A stretch of 58,558 bases of DNA, filler included, from Dugesia japonica (taxonomy: Eukaryota), in the NCBI GenBank assembly GCA_001938525.1. It is 5 parts of 5 records of this genome, joined end to end, with 100 filler letters (N's around TTAATTAATTAA, not from the genome) between each part and the next. Parts side by side here need not be neighbours in the genome. Positions count along the whole stretch, not along the records: positions 49,246 to 58,558 come from MQRL01610708.1; 4 more parts are not named here. One strand, written 5' to 3'. Positions 51,845-58,558 of the stretch are shown piece by piece; the first letter of the stretch is position 1; every line of letters begins with the position of its first letter. The notes beneath the pieces were generated by a model. That model was not told the origin of the DNA. It was given only the letters and a program-made list of their open reading frames with translations, and made no database searches. The position numbers and the translations under genes were made by a program.

Positions 51845-54318
51845 TTTCAACTTAAGACCGAAAAAAGCTCACTTTCCATATGAATATGTGAAAGGAAATA
51901 ATATAACAGAAGTTGAAGAATTATTAAAATCAAACCGAACACCAACCAAAAAAGATTTCTTCAACACACTAACCCAAAAAGAAATATCTGATGAAAATTA
52001 TGCGTCATTTCTAATTGACTTTCGCGGATATAAAAATATGTGGTGTTACATGTTACACTATATGAAGTTAGATGTTTTAATTCTAGCAGATTTTTTAGAA
52101 AACTTTAGAGATTCATGTTTAAATAATATTCTTAAATTGGATCCAAGTTATTCATATTCGGCTCCAGGTTACGCATGGGATACAGGAATATTAAATGCTA
52201 ATGTAAAACTTAAATATGCCAAAGCTGAAACATATGATCTTTTCTTAACAATTGAAGATGGAATTAGAGGTGGATATTCTGTAGTTTTAGGCAATAGACA
52301 AGTATTTAGTTATAATAAATATAAAGATCCATATATTAGACAACTAAATAAAGCANAGTTTGAAGATTTAATAAAAATTATGAATTCAGGACAAGAAATT
52401 CCAGATCATTATTATGAAGATGCATTTATTAAATATTTAGATGAAAATAGTCTTTATGCAAGTTGTATGACTAAACCATTACCAACAAGTGAAATGAGCG
52501 AGTGTGAAAATTTAGCATATGAAATGTCAAATGATAACACTAATTATATTTATGAAGTTGATTTAGATTACCCACGAGAAATACATGATAAAACTAAATA
52601 TTTTCCATNNNNNNNNNNNNNNNNNNNNNNNNNNNNNNNNNNNNNNNNNNNNNNNNNNTAATTATCAAAAAAGTTTTAATAAGAAAATTGGAAAGGAAAA
52701 TATTAAACTCACATTAAATCATTTTAATAAGAAAAATTATGTTGTACTTGGATCAACATTAGATTTATATCTTCAATTAGGAATGAAATTAACAAAAGTA
52801 CATAAGAAAATTAAAATGCCAACATCTCCATAGTTTAAAAATCATGTTCACAAATTAGTGGCTTTAAGAAAAGAATCTAAAAGAATTAAAGATGTCTTTG
52901 GTGATTACATTTACAAATTAATGTTAAATGAATTTTATGGAAAGACATTAGAAAATTTAAGAAATAGATGCAACATAGAAATTGTAGATAATGACAAAGA
53001 CTATCAAAATTTTGCAGCTAAAATAAATTTTAAATCAAGTAAAATCTTTACAATGAATGAAAGTAATGAAGCAAATGTCGCGGCAATGCAGATGATAAAA
53101 GGTCATTTAAAATATAATAAATTTCCATATATTGGATTCACTATTTTAGAATATGCAAAAGAAGTAATGTATAATTTTGTATATAATAAAATGGATCCAT
53201 TTATTGGAAATGGTAATTATAAAATTCATTACAGTGATAGTGTAACATCTGACACCCCAATAATACTACGGAAAAATAATAAAGTTATAATAAAAAAGAT
53301 TTCAGAAATAAATAAATCTTACAGAAAAAATATTTATGATGATAAATATTATTCTTATCCAGAAAATTATCAGATATGGACTAAAAGTGGATTTACTAAC
53401 TTAAACAAAGTAATTAAACATAGAACAAATAAAAAGATTTATAGAGTTAGAACTAAATTAGGAATTGTAGATGTTACACAAGATCATTCACTATTAAATG
53501 AATATGTTAAAGAAATAAAACCAACAGATGTAACATGTGAAACTAAATTATTACACAATAAAATATTTAATATTAAAGATAATAAATTTACATGTAGTTT
53601 TTTAAATAAAATATTTTCAGATAAAACATCTTTAGCTAAATCATATTTTTATGGAACATCTTTAGGAATGAATTTAATTATTACAAAAAATTTTAAATTA
53701 ATAGAACCAACAGAAGAAATTGAAACTAATGTGCAAAGTGTAACATTTTTAAGAGAAGGTGTTTAAGATGTTTATGATATTGAAACAAGTGACGGATCAT
53801 TTAACTGTGGATTTCCATTAATAATAAAAAATACTGATAGTATCTTTGTGGAGATAAAAAACAGATATAATTTAACAAAATTACAAACTTTACTAGGAGA
53901 TGATTTATTTCAGATGAAAGACGAAATGCATAATTCTGAAATAATTCAAGCTAATTTTATAAAAGCAAAATCTTATGGTTTTACTTATATTATCAATGAC
54001 CGCGAAGTATTTGATTTAAAAAATAAAGGTGTAAAGAAAAATAATAAATTGTTGATGAAAGATTTTGATGAAGTTTTAGATGATCCAAAGAAAAAGATTT
54101 ATGGAACAAATTTTTCATTAAGATCTAGCTTACATGAAATTGAAATTGTAGAACAAAATAAAATTGCATTAATGAGATATGATGATAAAAGAATTATTGA
54201 AGATGATGAAATAACAACTTGGGGACATGGAAGAGAATATGAATGTTCTTTCTGTAATCAATGGCTTTTAAAATTAGACATGATAAACAAAAATTTAACA
54301 TGTTCTCAATTTTTATAA
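51845..54318 (+). pseudogene. polB: Protein-primed family B DNA polymerase (pPolB), with intein; a few stops, one gap, N-terminal exonuclease part deleted
   Basis: KAHFPYEY; ExoIII YMKLDVLILAD; IRGGYS; motif A YLDENSLYASCM..PLP; motif B YKLMLNEFYGKT; motif C YSD//TDS; FIKAKSY; KNKGVKK; YDDKRII. Confidence 0.93.
53239..53832 (+). mobile_element. Mini-intein (198 codons) in pPolB motif C
   Basis: Block A SVTSDTPIILR; block B IVDVTQDHSLL (TxxH); block F DVYDIETSDGSF; block G IIKN followed by +1 Thr. In frame with both exteins; one TAA at 53764-53766. Confidence 0.93.
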
Positions 54319-54325
54319 ATAAGAA

Positions 54326-54820
54326 ATGAGCAACCCTACAGAAGAAGAATTAGAAAAGATAGTAAATTCAAAGAAATGTAAATCTGTAAAGATCAANNNN
54401 NNNNNNNNNNNNNNNNNNNNNNNNNNNNNNNNNNNNNNNNNNNNNNNNNNNNNNNNNNNNNNNNNNNNNNNNNNNNNNNNNNNNNNNNNAATTATTGGTG
54501 CGTTAGCTGGAACAGCAGGAATTGCACCTGGAATTGCATCTACAGTTAGTAATTCTAGAGATGCAATAAAAAAACAAAAAGAGATCGATGCTTTAGACAA
54601 AAAAGGTAGTGGTATTTATTTAAATCCATGGCAAGGAAATGCAATACATAAATATTTAAAAAATATAATTGAAGATCCTAACTTAAAAGATATTACTAAA
54701 AATATTAAAGATCGAATTGAAATAATTAAACAAGAAAATGGTATTTATTTAAATCCATGGAAAGGAAATAGTATTTATTTAAATCCTTATAGAAATAGAG
54801 ATGAATACGAAACAAATTGA
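54326..54820 (+). CDS. Polinton small virion core/membrane-active protein with GxGIYLNP(W/Y) repeats
   Basis: Hydrophobic Gly/Ala helix IIGALAGTAGIAPGIASTV, short coiled coil, three IYLNP(W/Y) motifs. Confidence 0.65.
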   Translation: MSNPTEEELEKIVNSKKCKSVKIXXXXXXXXXXXXXXXXXXXXXXXXXXXXXXXXIIGALAGTAGIAPGIASTVSNSRDAIKKQKEIDALDKKGSGIYLNPWQGNAIHKYLKNIIEDPNLKDITKNIKDRIEIIKQENGIYLNPWKGNSIYLNPYRNRDEYETN

Positions 54821-55665
54821 AAATAGAATTAAAAGCTTTAATAAAAGGTCAAAAGAAATATAATGATTTTTTCTGTGGTAATGTTGTTGATTCAAGAGAA
54901 TTACAAAGTGAATTAATTATCATACAAAAACCAACAATTTTAGCAATAGAAAAATCTAAACTGATAGAACCAACAATAATGGAATCAAGAGACTTAACAA
55001 AATTCTTTTTAAATGAAAAAGTAATTCCATTTATTCCTGAATACTCAATTAAAAATATTGATGACACTGGAAAATTAACTCAAACAATTATTCCTAAGTT
55101 TTCTATATTAGATATTACCAGTGTTGATAAAATAAAAAGTTTTATGGAAATAACTTTAAAAGAAAATAAAATTTATTTATTTGAAGAAGAAAGAAATAAA
55201 AAATTCTTATTTAAATCGGAAGTTATTCCATACTCCGATGGAATATTTAGATTAATTTTAGGAAATCTAGATTCAACAGAAACACCTGAAGATATTGAGA
55301 CTTATTTAAAATTTATTGCTCCTATTCCAACAAATAGTGATTATATTAATAAATTAAAAACAAAATTTAGAAGGGTAGATATTGCTGCTGTAAAACCTAA
55401 AAGAGGAAAAAAAGAAAAAGTTATATTAAATAAACCTGTGCCATTAAGTGAAACAGAGAAATCAGAAACAGAATATTTAACAGAAGGTGATGGGTACAAT
55501 CCAATAAGTTTATTTGAAAAGTTAACATTATTAATTTCAGCTGTAAAATCTGGACATGATAATCTCTCTGAAGAAATTAAAANNNNNNGTAAAAAATTAA
55601 AGATGATGGGTTTAATATCTAACAAGATTTATGATAAATATAAAATGAAATATTTTAAATCATAA
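54817..55665 (+). CDS. Polinton conserved hypothetical protein
   Basis: C-terminal NPISLFEKLTLLISAVKSGHDNLSEEI..KLKMMGLI resembles the recurrent Polinton motif DPNELVDRLRLLIASKxAGN..EI..IxxELxExGII. Confidence 0.6.
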   Translation: MKIELKALIKGQKKYNDFFCGNVVDSRELQSELIIIQKPTILAIEKSKLIEPTIMESRDLTKFFLNEKVIPFIPEYSIKNIDDTGKLTQTIIPKFSILDITSVDKIKSFMEITLKENKIYLFEEERNKKFLFKSEVIPYSDGIFRLILGNLDSTETPEDIETYLKFIAPIPTNSDYINKLKTKFRRVDIAAVKPKRGKKEKVILNKPVPLSETEKSETEYLTEGDGYNPISLFEKLTLLISAVKSGHDNLSEEIKXXXKKLKMMGLISNKIYDKYKMKYFKS

Positions 55666-55709
55666 GTGCTTACGAAGATGTTAACATTTAACATTTTTCA
55701 CTTTACACA

Positions 55710-55779
55710 AAACATGAAACATTTTACATGAAATATTTTACATGAAACATTTTACATGAAACATTTTACATGAAACATT
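55710..55779. repeat. 14 bp tandem repeat (ACATGAAACATTTT) x5
   Basis: Read directly; interrupted by the LTR at 55780. Confidence 0.85.
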
Positions 55780-55950
55780 TGTTGGGGTTCTACCTGAGTT
55801 TGGAAAAGTNNNNNNNNNNNNNNNNNNNNNNNNNNNNNNNNNNNNNNNNNNNNNNNNNNNNNNNNNNNNNNNNNNNNNNCAGTTTACCGCGGTTGACCTT
55901 ACTCTCGATGGAAGGTACACGCCAGTAAACCTTTGACTTCGGGTTCTACA
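55780..55950 (-). repeat. Probable 3' LTR of retroelement D with upstream polypurine tract
   Basis: Minus strand: AGGGAAAGTA|TGTAGAACCC...GTAGAACCCCAACA (TG...CA termini). Confidence 0.6.
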
Positions 55951-56027
55951 TACTTTCCCTATTATTATTTAAGAAAATTAATAAATCCACTACAATTCTA
56001 ACTAAAAAATTTATTAGTAATAATACA

Positions 56028-56400
56028 TTAGATTAGATCTAAAGCTTCCGGATCTAACCATTGATCAGGAGTGGTGATGATAAGGTTAAAGGCCGCGATG
56101 TCATCATCGTCATCCCACTGGGTGGTGTTTGGGTTACCAAGTTGACGCGATAGATCGGCGATGTACTGCTTCAGGAAGTCGATCTTCCGCTGCAGTAGCT
56201 GCTTCGTTTCGTTTTCTAACGCCTTGGTCTGGGTAGCCAGGTCATTTTGTTTTTTGACAATAACATCTAATTTTTTTATTAGTAGATCTCGTTGTGCCAG
56301 ATGTTTTAGTAGGGCACGGTCGGCATTACGTTTTAGGTGACGTTCCAGGAGGAGGCGACGCATAATGCTATGGCATCGACGCAAACTGTTTGGAAATTGT
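56028..56400 (-). CDS. Orphan coiled-coil protein with acidic tail
   Basis: Open, GC-rich frame MRRLLLERHLKR..LENETKQLLQRKIDFLKQYIADLSRQL..WDDDDD; start uncertain. Confidence 0.5.
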
Positions 56401-56538
56401 ATACGAGGCACTAAAATTAAAATGAACATCAACTCAGGAAAATTTCTAATAGTAAATCTTATACAATTACTAACAACTATTAAAAGATTCAAAGACAAAT
56501 CATTTCAAGATATCAAATTTTATTCACAGAGTGACCAA

Positions 56539-56831
56539 TCAATGACTGCGGGGCGTTTGTGTACCTTTATCTACCATCAAAGGTTCCAATGGCATAGTCG
56601 CCTTTAGTTTTAGGATGTCATTTATCACTTTATTTCGCGGTCTTGATAGGACCGGATCATCTCCGTTAAGGACTCCACCTGGCTCTTCCATACCCGCTCC
56701 TGAGTATGGGAGGCCTCCATTTCTTTCCGGTGAGCCACACACTTCTTTCGGTATCGACTCACCTTACTATTAGCATTGGCAGTATCGGCTTTCCACTTAC
56801 GTTTTGATAGTCGATACAAATCCCAAGTCAT
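56539..56831 (-). pseudogene. Small orphan ORF(s), probably frameshifted
   Basis: Two overlapping GC-rich ORFs (56625-56831 and 56539-56742). Confidence 0.35.
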
Positions 56832-57152
56832 TTCACGATCTTCGCTATCCTCACGTATCTTTTATGTGGGTGCCGAACTATGATTCAATGAAGAGTGCAC
56901 TAAAAGTTACATAATCAAATATAGAATATTAGACACTAAAAGTCAATTCGAATGATTCCTTTATAGATAGTTTATTAAAATTGTAGAAAGTGTTCTACTT
57001 GGCCAGAAACAAGTTAACGAGATTATAACACAATTATATTATACACAAAAAATTTTATTTAAGCAATGTAAAATTATAGGAATTGTAAAGACAAGTTAAG
57101 TAGGGGAGGTAGTGTTTTCATCCGAACCCCCACTGGCCTGGTTTCGTAAATT

Positions 57153-57500
57153 CTAGAGATTATTGCCTAAATCCATCGAGAAGCTGGTGCTCTGAGATAG
57201 GTGTCCCAGTGGCACTGGAAGTAAGGAGGGCCCCTCTTGCCAATGGATAGTAACCTGATTGGTTACCGGGTCAACCGTCGTGACTCGATGTAGAACCTCA
57301 CGGCCACGATCGGGACCAGCCCATTCATAATAAGCCCGGCGCTCTCCGGCCGCCCATTCTCTCTCGTTTTCGGCGTCCTCCGGTGATAAATTTGAATAAT
57401 CCACCATGATGCCGGCAGTGCGGTCATGTGGGTTACGATAACGTTTGAAGACGGTCCGTCTGGTATACCGATCCCACAATACTTCCCATTTAAAATCCAT
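57153..57500 (-). CDS. Orphan 115 aa protein
   Basis: ATG-started, intact ORF, markedly GC-richer than its AT-rich flanks, with AATAAA downstream at about 57055. Confidence 0.55.
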   Translation of the reverse strand: MDFKWEVLWDRYTRRTVFKRYRNPHDRTAGIMVDYSNLSPEDAENEREWAAGERRAYYEWAGPDRGREVLHRVTTVDPVTNQVTIHWQEGPSLLPVPLGHLSQSTSFSMDLGNNL

Positions 57501-58558
57501 TTCTAAATTCTATAATAAATAGTCGATTAAGCCAGACCACAAAACAACAACATAGATAGTAAAAGAAACACTTAATTAACATTCAATTTGTTTTATTTAT
57601 GATAAGTAAACACGAGTAATAGAACGCAGTTTAATTAATAAGACCGCTGATTAAATTCACGCGACCGGAAACTCGATCGAAAGAGTGGAGCTACTCTTCA
57701 TCCAAGTCCACCCGATGTTCCAGGGGGAACATCTCAACGAAACATTGTAAATCAGTTTCGTCGGGGTGTTCGATGGTGCCGATGGTGAGCCAATAATTGT
57801 CGCTTCCGTGATCTACGTCTTTCCCACCGAATCACTTTCAGCACTTTGGAAAACTGATCAACCATGCGCTAGGACATCTATAAACAAAAATTACAAGATT
57901 GGTGTGTAGATAACCCATACAATCTGAGCACAATTGATACTTAATAATGTAGGGGTAGGTTCCCGGCTTGCCCGTGATTTATATCTAGCAGTCAAAGCTA
58001 AAAGAGACTACCTAGAACTGGANTCTTCCCTAGTTTGATCCTTTCTCTTCGAATCACTCAACTGGTAGAATGAAATTAATCTGGTATGTGTCAAAAACCT
58101 GATTCTCATTTTTGTACTTTTACTTAGTTCATTTTCTCCATTTATAGCGCATTGATACGGGGCGTATTGCTGTCTACTATAATCACTATGGAATGAACTT
58201 GGAAAGTAATCGATCATATTATTAACTAATAATATTATTCACCCGATAATATCGGTGATTCTAACATCACAGTTGTCGGATCGTTTTTTGGGGCTCAATN
58301 GTAGCTATTTTTCTCAATTTACCACTGCTACATTTCTACCAGTGTTGATTAAATGAAATAGGTGTAGATCGAAAAATACTATATTTTTACGTTTTACGGT
58401 ATTCATACTTTTGTTTCGTTTATTATGGCGGATTACTGTTCTGTGATTTCAAAAAGGAACAAATTAAGTTGTTTAATTATTGGCTTGAGTTTAGGAGGAC
58501 AATTTAAGCCCTTAAATGAATTTCAGAATAAAGAACGGTAATACTTATATTTAGAAAT

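Larger units (their letters stand above)
50938..55779 (+). mobile_element. Polinton/Maverick internal module: ZnF-pPolB (with intein), core protein, conserved ORF
   Basis: Intronless, tightly packed co-directional ORFs bracketed by tandem repeats. Confidence 0.88.

Noticed and set aside
53764-53766. TAA in the intein as evidence of a split intein or alternative genetic code
   Set aside because: The same gene has other lesions (TAG at 52831, deletion), there is no restart codon for the short C-part, and filamin ends in TAA; simple decay or sequencing error is likelier.
53239-53832. Insertion as a spliceosomal intron or Hedgehog-type Hint domain
   Set aside because: No GT-AG boundaries at the junctions; it is in frame, ends Asn|Thr and splits a catalytic motif, as true inteins do.

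Overview
AT-rich eukaryotic, almost certainly animal, scaffold. It contains five contigs joined by artificial N-TTAATTAATTAA-N linkers (about 9575, 24859, 38943, 49190). The only clear host gene is a filamin (24959-38073, +), with many 42-49 nt GT-AG introns and no 5' actin-binding domain in this contig. A compact parasite genome such as an orthonectid would fit, but that is a guess. The rest is nested, mostly decayed mobile DNA: Ty3/gypsy LTR elements, a Penelope-like fragment, Tc1/mariner and hAT fragments, and a lot of Polinton/Maverick (adintovirus-like) material. The Polinton material comprises an integrase-penton-core-major capsid module, a protein-primed DNA polymerase module, a complete 5.3 kb non-coding derivative with about 0.8 kb TIRs and a 6-bp TSD, and five AGTAG..TAGTGG termini. 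Main finding: the Polinton pPolB carries a 198-codon mini-intein inserted exactly in catalytic motif C (YSD|SVTSDTP...IIKN|TDS), the site used by giant-virus and archaeal PolB inteins, here in an animal-genome endogenous element. Also notable are two retrovirus-like elements with arrays of small orphan ORFs. One has a tRNA-Pro primer site and a >5 kb leader before gag; the other has about 5 ORF cassettes upstream of its 3' LTR.
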